A DNA stretch of 64,000 nucleotides, taken from contig OZ241921.1 of assembly GCA_965203935.1 (NCBI GenBank), forward strand, positions 1,236,276 to 1,300,275. The letters are read 5' to 3'. Positions 53,717-62,035 of the stretch are shown here, one piece after another (the first letter of the stretch is position 1; the number at the start of each line of letters is the position of its first letter). Under the pieces are notes generated by a model. That model was given only the letters and a program-made list of their open reading frames with translations, was not told the origin of the DNA and made no database searches. The stretch comes from Bdellovibrionales bacterium (GTDB lineage Bacteria; Bdellovibrionota; Bdellovibrionia; Bdellovibrionales; UBA1609). The position numbers and the translations under genes were made by a program.

Positions 53717-56485
53717 ATGAAGGGTTTATTTATGAATATTTGTTTTATAAAGTCACGAATACGGCAACAAAGCCGCGCCCGCAAAGCGGGTTGTTTCGCC
53801 GTGGGTCTTTCCCGGTTAAAAAGCTGTGTTTGTTTTATAAAGTCACGAATACGGAACTGTAGCCGCGTCGCTATTCCCTCCCCCGTAGGGGGATTTGGAT
53901 TGGTGGAAACCTTAATTACCGCCGGGGTGGGCTTAACCATTGGTATGGGTATGCTGAAGGTAAGTCAGGTGTCTTTGCAGACTTCACAAATGATAGAGAC
54001 TTCTTTTGCGGAGAGGGATTTAAGCTACAGCATAAGACAGGTTTTAAGCAATCCCGCTGACTGCAAGTGGAACTTAGAGCCTGGCCGAACCGGCGGGCTT
54101 TCTTCAGACGGCACGGGAGCTTTAAGCGCGCTTAAAAAAACTTACGGCAGTACAAATCCTTCAGAATATGTGACTGTGATTGAGAAAGGGGTTTTTTCAA
54201 ACAAATTGGAAGTGGTAAAGCTGGAGTTTTCATCTTCGGGAAGTGCCAATGAAAGAACCTTTAAAGTGTATTACAAAAAAAAGAACTTGGGATCCTACAG
54301 CAGTTTAGGGGACTGCACCGCAGGCGACACAAGCGGATGTTATTTTAAATCCTGCAAGGTGGATTATGCTTTTTCAGGAACGACAGTAAACACCTGCGAT
54401 TTGCTTAATTGCGCCGGCATGGGCGGGGATACAGCAGTCGGTGAGTGCAGGGACAACGAATATTTAAGGGGCTTTGACAAAAGCGGGCGCCCGGTTTGCA
54501 GTCAGATGGTTCAGCCGGGTCTTGCGCCTTGTGAGCAGGGCAGGTTTCTTACAGGTTTTGATGATGATGGAGAGCCTGTTTGTAGAATCCTGTGCGGGGG
54601 CGGGCGAACTTGGAACGATCAAGAAGGAGCTTGTGTATGCCCCGACAGCAGTAAGCCGCATTGGAGTGGAGCTTCCTGTATTTCCTGCGAAGGCGGGCAA
54701 ACATACCAAACCGGTGTAGGCTGTCTTTGCCCCGCCGGCAGTAATTGGAACGGGAGCGCCTGTATAACTTGCACGGGGGGTAAAACTTGGAGTGGCACGG
54801 CCTGTGTTTGCCCCCCTTACAAACCTGAATGGAACGGCACGGCCTGCACAGCCTGCCCCACTGCCCGGCCAAACTGGGATGGTTCCAATTGTCGGGCCTG
54901 CCCCCCCGCCAATCCTAAATGGACAGGATTTCAGTGTTCAAGCTGTCCTTCCCATAAACCCAAGTGGGACAGCGCCACCTCCGACTGCATAGCCTGCCCT
55001 TCTAACCGGCCCAAGTGGGACAGCGCCACTTCCACCTGCACGGCCTGCCCTTCCGCCAATCCTAAATGGACGGGTTTTCGGTGTTCAAGCTGTCCCTCCC
55101 ATACACCCAAGTGGGACAGCGCCACTTCCGACTGCATAGCCTGCCCTTCTAACCGGCCCAAGTGGGACGGCTCCACCTGCACAGCCTGCCCCTCCGCCAA
55201 TCCCAAGTGGTCGGGATTTCGGTGTTCAAAGTGTCCTTCCCATAAACCCAAGTGGGACAGCGCCACCTCCACTTGTACGGCCTGCCCTTCCGGCAGTAAT
55301 TGGAACGGGAGCGCCTGTATAACTTGCACAGGGGGAAAAGTTTGGGACAGCAGATCTTGCATTTGCCCTTCTCATAAGCCCAAGTGGGATGGGGCAAAAT
55401 GTGTTCCCTGTACAGGCAGAAGGATATGGGATACTTCCTCTTCAGAATGTGTGTGTCCAAGTGATATGCAATACGATGATTCAAAAGGGGAGTGCGTCTG
55501 TCGCCCTGACCGGCCCTATTGGAGTAAGGCATTCCTATTTTCAATTAGACAACACTTTACAGTGGCATATAAACCCAAAGGTTGCTCTCGTTGCCCGGGA
55601 GATCTGAAATGGAATGGCTCAGACTGTGTTTGTTTTACAGGTGGGATAAAAAGAGGAAACAGCTGTATATGCCCATCAGGTCAGTACTCCTGGAATTTAA
55701 ACAACCTTGGTATAGGGAGACTCACCTGCCTGCCTTGCCCGACAGGCAGTCAAGTGGACGGTATCATCTGTCGTTGTCACGAGGCTACGCCAAAATTTTC
55801 TGCAGATGACAGAAGTTGTGAAGCCTGCCCTGCTGAAAAACCTGCTTGGATCGGTAGTCGGGGCAGATGCAACACTTGCTCAAACGAATATGGAAGTGAA
55901 TATCACTTTACCGGCTCAGAGTGCCTTAAATGCGGGGGTGATCTTGTGTACGACAGTTCCCGCAAAACCTGTGTTTGCCCTGCGGGTGAAAAAGAAGTCC
56001 AGAGGAACGGACACAATATAAGCTGTTGCCCGAATAACAGTGATTGGAACGGCTCAACTTGCCTTAACTGCGGGGGTGGTCTTTACGATAGTTCCCGCAA
56101 AACCTGTGTTTGCCCTGCGGGTGAAAAAGAAGTCCAGAGGAACGGACACAATATAAGCTGTTGCCCGAATAACAGTGATTGGAACGGCTCAACTTGCCTT
56201 AACTGCGGGGGTGGTCTTTACGATAGTTCCCGCAAAACCTGTGTTTGCCCTGCGGGTGAAAAAGAAGTCCAGAGGAACGGACACAATATAAGCTGTTGCC
56301 CGAATAACAGTGATTGGAACGGCTCAACTTGCCTTAACTGCGGGGGTGGTCTTGTGTACGACAGTTCCCGCAAAACCTGTGTTTGCCCTGCGGGTGAAAA
56401 AGAAGTCCAGAGGAACGGAAACAATATAAGCTGTTGCCCGAATAACAGTGATTGGAACGGCTCAAATTGCATTCTTCGCAACTAA
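53717..56485 (+). CDS. pilin-like cysteine-rich repeat surface protein, paralogue 3
   Basis: The ATG sits 2 nt after the paralogue 2 stop. The leader has two 30-aa repeats (CFIKSRIR...GLSRLKSCV), then VGG|FGLVETLITAGVGL, the conserved head and ~650 aa of Cys-rich repeats. The track ORF start at 53546 overlaps the upstream gene. Confidence 0.7.
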   Translation: MKGLFMNICFIKSRIRQQSRARKAGCFAVGLSRLKSCVCFIKSRIRNCSRVAIPSPVGGFGLVETLITAGVGLTIGMGMLKVSQVSLQTSQMIETSFAERDLSYSIRQVLSNPADCKWNLEPGRTGGLSSDGTGALSALKKTYGSTNPSEYVTVIEKGVFSNKLEVVKLEFSSSGSANERTFKVYYKKKNLGSYSSLGDCTAGDTSGCYFKSCKVDYAFSGTTVNTCDLLNCAGMGGDTAVGECRDNEYLRGFDKSGRPVCSQMVQPGLAPCEQGRFLTGFDDDGEPVCRILCGGGRTWNDQEGACVCPDSSKPHWSGASCISCEGGQTYQTGVGCLCPAGSNWNGSACITCTGGKTWSGTACVCPPYKPEWNGTACTACPTARPNWDGSNCRACPPANPKWTGFQCSSCPSHKPKWDSATSDCIACPSNRPKWDSATSTCTACPSANPKWTGFRCSSCPSHTPKWDSATSDCIACPSNRPKWDGSTCTACPSANPKWSGFRCSKCPSHKPKWDSATSTCTACPSGSNWNGSACITCTGGKVWDSRSCICPSHKPKWDGAKCVPCTGRRIWDTSSSECVCPSDMQYDDSKGECVCRPDRPYWSKAFLFSIRQHFTVAYKPKGCSRCPGDLKWNGSDCVCFTGGIKRGNSCICPSGQYSWNLNNLGIGRLTCLPCPTGSQVDGIICRCHEATPKFSADDRSCEACPAEKPAWIGSRGRCNTCSNEYGSEYHFTGSECLKCGGDLVYDSSRKTCVCPAGEKEVQRNGHNISCCPNNSDWNGSTCLNCGGGLYDSSRKTCVCPAGEKEVQRNGHNISCCPNNSDWNGSTCLNCGGGLYDSSRKTCVCPAGEKEVQRNGHNISCCPNNSDWNGSTCLNCGGGLVYDSSRKTCVCPAGEKEVQRNGNNISCCPNNSDWNGSNCILRN
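55931..56485. repeat. 135-138 bp near-identical tandem repeat x4 at the 3' end of paralogue 3
   Basis: Units start at 55931, 56069, 56204 and 56339. Each encodes CGGGL(V)YDSSRKTCVCPAGEKEVQRNGHNISCCPNNSDWNGSTCLN. Confidence 0.9.
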
Positions 56486-56508
56486 GAATAAATTTGTTAT
56501 TGTTTAGT

Positions 56509-59430
56509 TTACTTTTTAAAAACTTCATAATCTTTTTCTAAGGGCGGGCAGGAGCAAAAAAGATTGATGTCTCCGTAAGCCTCTTCCACACGGGAAACCG
56601 GAGGCCAAAATTTATGCTCTTTCACCCAAGAAAGAGGATAAAAAGCTTTTTGTTTTGAATAGGGGAAGGGCCATTTTTCCTTTAAAGCGTCTTTTAAGGT
56701 GTGGGGCGCGTTTTTTAATACATTGTTTTTTGTGTCGTATTTTTTGTCTTCAATTTCTTTTATTTCTTTTCGTATTTGAATCAAAGCGGAGCAAAAACGA
56801 TCCAGCTCTTGTTTGTCTTCGCTTTCTGTCGGCTCCACCATGAGCGCGCCCGGGACCGGCCAGCTCACAGTGGGGGCGTGAAAGCCGTAATCGGCAAGCC
56901 GTTTTGCCACATCGTTTACATCAATTTCCGCCCGGTGTTTGAATTTTCTGAAGTCTAAAATACACTCATGCGCAATTTTGTTGTTTTTTCCTGTATGAAG
57001 AATTTTATAATGATCTTTAAGTTGTTCAGCAATGTAGTGAGCGTTTAAGACAGCGGTTTGTGTGGCCTGTTTTAAGCCTTCGGCCCCCATAAGGCGGATA
57101 TAGCCGTAAGAGATTATCAACACCCCTGCGTTTCCGTAAGGGGCGGAGCTGACAGCGGACACGCCTGCTTTTTCGCAAAAAAAAGGATGGCTTGGCAAAA
57201 ACTTTTTTAAAGCTTTTGTTACGGCGACAGGCCCCGCTCCCGGTCCGCCACCGCCGTGAGGCACGCAAAAAGTTTTGTGTAAATTTAAGTGGCAAAGGTC
57301 CGCCCCCCACTCAGCCGGTTTGCTGATCCCCGTAAGGGCGTTCATGTTGGCGCCGTCTAAATACACCAAGCCGCCTGCGGAGTGGATCCATTCGCAGATT
57401 TCAGGTATCCCTTTTTCAAACAAACCAAAGGTGGAAGGGTAGGTGAGCATAAGGCCCGCCAGCTCGTTTTTATACAGTTTTATTTTTTTTTGCAGATCTT
57501 CCCGGGAGATACATCCTTCTTTATCACAGGCGATGGTCACAGGCCGAAGACCGGCCATAACGGCGCTTGCGGGGTTGGTGCCGTGGGCGGAGGAGGGGAT
57601 AAGGCAGATCTTTCTTTTAAAGTTTTTATTTTCCTCATGCCATTTACGGATGATAAGAAGCCCGGTGTACTCCCCTTGAGATCCGGCATTGGGCTGAAAA
57701 GAAATGCCGGCAAAGCCGGTGATTTCACAAAGCGCGTGCCCCAGATCTTGTATTAAATTTTGCCAGCCTTTTGTTTGCTCTAAGGGGGCAAAAGGGTGAA
57801 TGCGCGAAAACCCCGGCCAGGTGACAGGCATAAGCTCTGTTGTGCCGTTTAACTTCATGGTGCAGGAGCCAAGGGGAATCATGGAGTGGGCAAGGCTTAA
57901 GTCTTTTTTTTGCAAGTAATGAATATAGCGCAGTAATCGGGTTTCGGAATGAAATTTATTAAACACAGGATGTTTAAGGCAGGGGGTTTTTCTTATCAGC
58001 TTGTAAAAATCCGGTTTTGTTTGACGCTTATCCCATTCCTGTTTTGCTTTTTCATAGTTCGCCAACTCGTTAAAATTTGTTTTTTGCCGGTGAAGCGCCT
58101 TACCTACAGCGGAAATAATATTTTTTATATCTTCTTTCGTATCGGTTTCGTTAATGGAGAAAGATAAAACCACCGGGTGTGAAGGCTTAGAGCGAAACAA
58201 AGCAATATTTATTTTATTTTGTATTAAGCTTTCATAAACCGCCCGGCCCTGCTCCTCTTTACATTCCATTTGTACAGTGTCAAAAAATGCTTTGTTCTTT
58301 CTTACTTTAAAGCCCATATCTTTTAAGGACTTAAAAAGGCTTTGCGCCAAAAGATGAATGCCAAGGGCGATATTTTTAAGCCTTTTAGGTCCGTGATAGA
58401 GGGCATACATGCCACACAGCACAGCGGGCAAAGCCTGGGCTGTGCAAATATTGCTGGTGGCTTTTTCGCGCCGAATGTGCTGTTCTCTTGTTTGAAGGCT
58501 TAGGCGGAGCGCGGGATCTTTATGGCGATCCCTGGACAGCCCCACAATACGGCCCGGCAGGGAGCGCACATACTTTTTTCTTGTGGCGATATAGGCCGGG
58601 TGAGGCCCGCCGAAAAAAAGAGGAAGCCCCATTCTTTGGCAAGCGCCGGTGACGATGTCCGCCCCCATAGCCCCCGGGGTTTTAAAAAGACAAAGGCTTA
58701 AAAGGTCGGCGGTAAAGATGGTGAGAATGTTTTTTTCTTTGGCTGTCTTACAAAAAAACTCCCAATCGTAAATTTCCCCCTTGGAGTCAGGGTATTGAAT
58801 CACAGCACAAAAAAACTTTTGATTAAAGTCAAAGCTTTTGGCAGGTCCGATTATTGTTTCAAGCCCTGAGGCTCTTGTCTTAAGCACGGCCTGTGTTTGA
58901 GGAAACATATTTTCATCAATAAAAACGGCTTTGGCATGCGCCTTGTGCCTGTTGTTAAAAGCCATGCTCACCGCTTCGGCTGTGGCGGTGCCTTCATCCA
59001 GAAGGGAGGCGCCGGCCATATCCATTTCTGTCAGCTCCTTTATCATGGTTTGAAAGTTCAAAAGGGCTTGCAGTCTGCCTTGGGATATTTCTGATTGATA
59101 AGGCGTGTAGGGGCTAAGCCATACAGGGTTTTCTAAAATATTTCTTTGGATGACCGGTGGAAGTTCTGTTTCGTAATAGCCCATGCCGATATGGTTTTTA
59201 AAAATGTGGTTTTGATCGGCGTATTTTTTTAAATGCGAAAGGCATTCGGGTTCGCTTAAAGCCTTTGGCAGGCGAAGCGGCTTTTGTGTTAAGATTTCAG
59301 CCGGCGCGGTTTTGCGGATTAGACCTTGTAAAGTGTCAAAACCCAGCCGGTTTAGCATGCTTTGAGTTTCCGCGCCCCTCAGGCCGATATGCCGGTGGAC
59401 AAAACTTTTTGTTTTTTCTTTGTTTTTCAT
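56509..59430 (-). CDS. gcvP: glycine dehydrogenase (decarboxylating), single-chain P protein
   Basis: ~973-aa ORF with the GcvP PLP region (NLHKTFCVPHGGGGPG). ATG 59430 is preferred over the track start at 59466. Confidence 0.9.
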   Translation of the reverse strand: MKNKEKTKSFVHRHIGLRGAETQSMLNRLGFDTLQGLIRKTAPAEILTQKPLRLPKALSEPECLSHLKKYADQNHIFKNHIGMGYYETELPPVIQRNILENPVWLSPYTPYQSEISQGRLQALLNFQTMIKELTEMDMAGASLLDEGTATAEAVSMAFNNRHKAHAKAVFIDENMFPQTQAVLKTRASGLETIIGPAKSFDFNQKFFCAVIQYPDSKGEIYDWEFFCKTAKEKNILTIFTADLLSLCLFKTPGAMGADIVTGACQRMGLPLFFGGPHPAYIATRKKYVRSLPGRIVGLSRDRHKDPALRLSLQTREQHIRREKATSNICTAQALPAVLCGMYALYHGPKRLKNIALGIHLLAQSLFKSLKDMGFKVRKNKAFFDTVQMECKEEQGRAVYESLIQNKINIALFRSKPSHPVVLSFSINETDTKEDIKNIISAVGKALHRQKTNFNELANYEKAKQEWDKRQTKPDFYKLIRKTPCLKHPVFNKFHSETRLLRYIHYLQKKDLSLAHSMIPLGSCTMKLNGTTELMPVTWPGFSRIHPFAPLEQTKGWQNLIQDLGHALCEITGFAGISFQPNAGSQGEYTGLLIIRKWHEENKNFKRKICLIPSSAHGTNPASAVMAGLRPVTIACDKEGCISREDLQKKIKLYKNELAGLMLTYPSTFGLFEKGIPEICEWIHSAGGLVYLDGANMNALTGISKPAEWGADLCHLNLHKTFCVPHGGGGPGAGPVAVTKALKKFLPSHPFFCEKAGVSAVSSAPYGNAGVLIISYGYIRLMGAEGLKQATQTAVLNAHYIAEQLKDHYKILHTGKNNKIAHECILDFRKFKHRAEIDVNDVAKRLADYGFHAPTVSWPVPGALMVEPTESEDKQELDRFCSALIQIRKEIKEIEDKKYDTKNNVLKNAPHTLKDALKEKWPFPYSKQKAFYPLSWVKEHKFWPPVSRVEEAYGDINLFCSCPPLEKDYEVFKK

Positions 59431-59485
59431 TGATTTGGTATATCTTGACTTAAGAGGTGTTTGCAAACACTTGTCGCAAAGTGGT

Positions 59486-60508
59486 ATGGATAAAGATATT
59501 GTGAAGGAAAATATCAGAGTTTACGGCAAATGGATTTTAGCGGGGGAATACTCCGTATTAAAAGGCTTTCCCGCTTTGGCCTTTCCTTTGCCTTCCCGTT
59601 TTATGGAGCTTAATTATGAAAAAGCAGGCTCTTTTTTTTTAAAAAAACCCGCTCATCCCCCGGCCGGGGACAAGGGCGCTCTTGTTTCTTCGGAAGTTTC
59701 TCTTCGTTTGCACAAAGTTTTTGCCCTTGTTTTGGATCAGGCCTTGAAAAATATTTCTAAAACCCGTGCGGATCTTAAGGGGCTTATAAATTTTAAGTCC
59801 TGTATTTTGCCCGGTGTGGGAATGGGGGCTTCCGCCGTAATATGTGTTTTAATCGGCAAATTGTTTTACAAGCTAAAGTGGCTGAAAAAAAGTGAGCTGT
59901 TTTCTTTTTGTCACTCACTGGAAAATCATCTGCACGGGCAAAGCAGTGGCTTGGATATAGCTGTGGTTTTGACAGGAAAGCCTGTGAGGTTTGTCACATC
60001 CTCTCCTCCTGCGGGGGGGGCGCCTCCTGCGGGGGGCGGGGCTGATGAGCCTTCTGCCGGGCCGGCCGGCGAAGGGGTGCGTAAAGAGTCTTCGCAGATA
60101 CGGGTGTTTTGCCCTAAGTGGCGGCCTTTTATTTTTTTGTCCCATTCGGGCGCTGTTCGCTCCACTAAATCGAATATGAAAAAAATACAGCTTTTTTGGA
60201 AACAGGAACCGCAAAAGGCGGAGGCTTTAAACCGGCAAATGGCGCAGGCGGTTTTAAAAGCGGAGCGGGGCTTTTTGACAACAAACAACCGGGAGGGCCT
60301 TTTTTTACTTACTGAGGCTTTTTCCCTTGCAGAAGAATGCTTTTTCAAATGGGGCTTGACCGGCGGGGGACTTAAAAAACACAGCGCGCTTTTAAAAAAA
60401 CGGGGCGCCTTGGCCGTTAAACCCACAGGGTCCGGCGCGGGGGGCTGTGTTTTAAGCCTGTGGAGGGCAGATCCCCCCTCCGACTTAAACCTTTGGCCCG
60501 CTTTTTGA
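59486..60508 (+). CDS. GHMP-family kinase, phosphomevalonate/mevalonate kinase-like
   Basis: GKWILAGEYSVLKG, PGVGMGASAVICV (GHMP motif II) and KPTGSGAGGCVLS (motif III). Contains a Pro/Gly/Ala-rich insertion. Confidence 0.65.
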   Translation: MDKDIVKENIRVYGKWILAGEYSVLKGFPALAFPLPSRFMELNYEKAGSFFLKKPAHPPAGDKGALVSSEVSLRLHKVFALVLDQALKNISKTRADLKGLINFKSCILPGVGMGASAVICVLIGKLFYKLKWLKKSELFSFCHSLENHLHGQSSGLDIAVVLTGKPVRFVTSSPPAGGAPPAGGGADEPSAGPAGEGVRKESSQIRVFCPKWRPFIFLSHSGAVRSTKSNMKKIQLFWKQEPQKAEALNRQMAQAVLKAERGFLTTNNREGLFLLTEAFSLAEECFFKWGLTGGGLKKHSALLKKRGALAVKPTGSGAGGCVLSLWRADPPSDLNLWPAF

Positions 60509-60520
60509 CTTTATGTTTTT

Positions 60521-60670
60521 CTAAGTAGTAGTCCGTGAAAAACCCTTTTAAATTATGTCTCAAAAGCAAAGCCAAGCGGTGAGGGTCCAAGGTATTCCGT
60601 CCCGAACAAGCTTGGACTTTGCTTTTGAGACCAGCAGTTTAGTGGCCTTTTTCACGCCCCACTAAGTATT
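60521..60670. repeat. palindromic repeat module (inverted orientation)
   Basis: CTAAGTAGTAGTCCGTGAAAAA...TCTCAAAAGCAAAGCCAAG...CTTGGACTTTGCTTTTGAGA...TTTTTCACGCCCCACTAAGTA. It overlaps the last codons of the AAA ATPase gene. Confidence 0.85.
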
Positions 60671-61860
60671 TGATGATTCCATAACCGGCGCAAAAACTCC
60701 GACCAGTGAAGGCAGTGGATATTATCTTGTAAAATATTATCCGGGTCACAGGTGACCAGAAAAAATTGTTTAAATATTTGTTCCTCTCTAAGAGCTTTTA
60801 AGCCCCGCAGATGTTTTGGTGAAGCTCTTTGTGTGGATTTAATTGCAAGGGCTGTATCCTCTCCTATGGTCAGATCCACTTCCTGCCGGTTGGTTGATTG
60901 CCAGTACCCCATTTTTTTAAAAATCCGGTGGTAATGCAAATAAGCGCGTATTTCATGAATAATCCAATGTTCAAAACTTTTTCCAAAAAGAGAGGAATGG
61001 GGGCTTAAGCTTTTTGTTTCTATAAGAGAATGAAGAACTCCCGGATCAAAAAAATAAAACTTGGCTTTGGAAATAGCTTTTCTTTTTTTCGACTTTATCC
61101 AAGGTTCCAGAAAGAAACCCAAAAAAGTTTCCTCCAAAATGGAGTAATATTCCCTTACCGTGCTGGGGGCGATGCCATAATCACCGCCTAATTTTGTAAA
61201 GTTTAAAATATCGCCACTGCAAAGTGCGGAGGCTTCCAAAAATCTGGAGAACTGGGGTATTTTTTTTACCAAAGCCTCCGCTTGAATTTCCTCTTTCAGG
61301 TAGTTGCTTCTGTAGGCGATCAGCTCTTCTTCAGGATCGGGGCTTAAATGCACGAAAGGCAGACCCCCATAAAGCAAATACCGGTTTAAATTAAAATTCC
61401 TTGGGCCTATTTCATGGAAAGTCAGAGGGTACAGATAAGCGCTCCAAGCTCTGCCTGCCAACAGGTTGGCGCCTCCTCGTTTAAGTTTTCTGGAAGAGCT
61501 TCCAGTCAGTAAAAACTTCCAACTTCTTTTTTCAATTAAACGATGCACTTCATCTAAAATTGAGGGGAGCTTTTGCACTTCATCAATAACAACCAGAATA
61601 TCTTTTGAGTTTATTTTTTGCTCCCGGATTTTTTCTTCTACACTGTTTTCCATAAAGGCCTGGGACACAGACAAGCGGTGGAAAATTCTGTGTTTTAACA
61701 GATCAAACAAAAAGACTTTTTTTGCCTTCCCGCCGGACATTAAGCTCTGCATAATGAGGTGACTTTTGCCTACAGCCCTTGGGCCAAACAGGAAAAAGGA
61801 CTTTTTTTTCAAGAGCGCGGGTAAATCAAGGGCTCTTTTTATGTTTTTTTGTTTTTTCAT
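60652..61860 (-). CDS. AAA-family ATP-binding protein (AAA_14/DUF4143-like)
   Basis: 402-aa ORF. Walker A GPRAVGKSH, Walker B VVIDEVQ and a C-terminal region typical of DUF4143 ATPases. Confidence 0.7.
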   Translation of the reverse strand: MKKQKNIKRALDLPALLKKKSFFLFGPRAVGKSHLIMQSLMSGGKAKKVFLFDLLKHRIFHRLSVSQAFMENSVEEKIREQKINSKDILVVIDEVQKLPSILDEVHRLIEKRSWKFLLTGSSSRKLKRGGANLLAGRAWSAYLYPLTFHEIGPRNFNLNRYLLYGGLPFVHLSPDPEEELIAYRSNYLKEEIQAEALVKKIPQFSRFLEASALCSGDILNFTKLGGDYGIAPSTVREYYSILEETFLGFFLEPWIKSKKRKAISKAKFYFFDPGVLHSLIETKSLSPHSSLFGKSFEHWIIHEIRAYLHYHRIFKKMGYWQSTNRQEVDLTIGEDTALAIKSTQRASPKHLRGLKALREEQIFKQFFLVTCDPDNILQDNIHCLHWSEFLRRLWNHQILSGA

Positions 61861-62035
61861 GGGTGTTCCTGTTTTTTGTGTTTGTATGTTCCCCGCAATT
61901 TACCCACAGCCAAAAAGACGATAATCAGCAATGCAAATGCTGTTTATATGCTATCACAAGCGATGGCATTGTCAATTTTTTTTAAAAATTAAAGGTTTTT
62001 TATTAAAGTTTTTTTCCTCATCTGCCGACTGAATA

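Noticed and set aside
54931-55544. Minus-strand ORFs of 143 and 131 aa inside paralogue 3
   Set aside because: They are antisense artefacts of the low-stop-content Cys-repeat region, and the sense frame has a coherent repeat architecture.
55990-56470. Bacterial N-glycosylation sequons (D/E-x-N-x-S/T), e.g. D-W-N-G-S in each C-terminal repeat and E-W-N-G-T at ~54828
   Set aside because: The pattern is real, but N-G-S/T is part of the structural repeat consensus. Most copies lack the acidic -2 residue, and no oligosaccharyltransferase gene is in the window. The evidence is too weak to claim glycosylation.
59926-60426. 166-aa minus-strand ORF
   Set aside because: Antisense to the GHMP kinase gene, which carries all three GHMP motifs.
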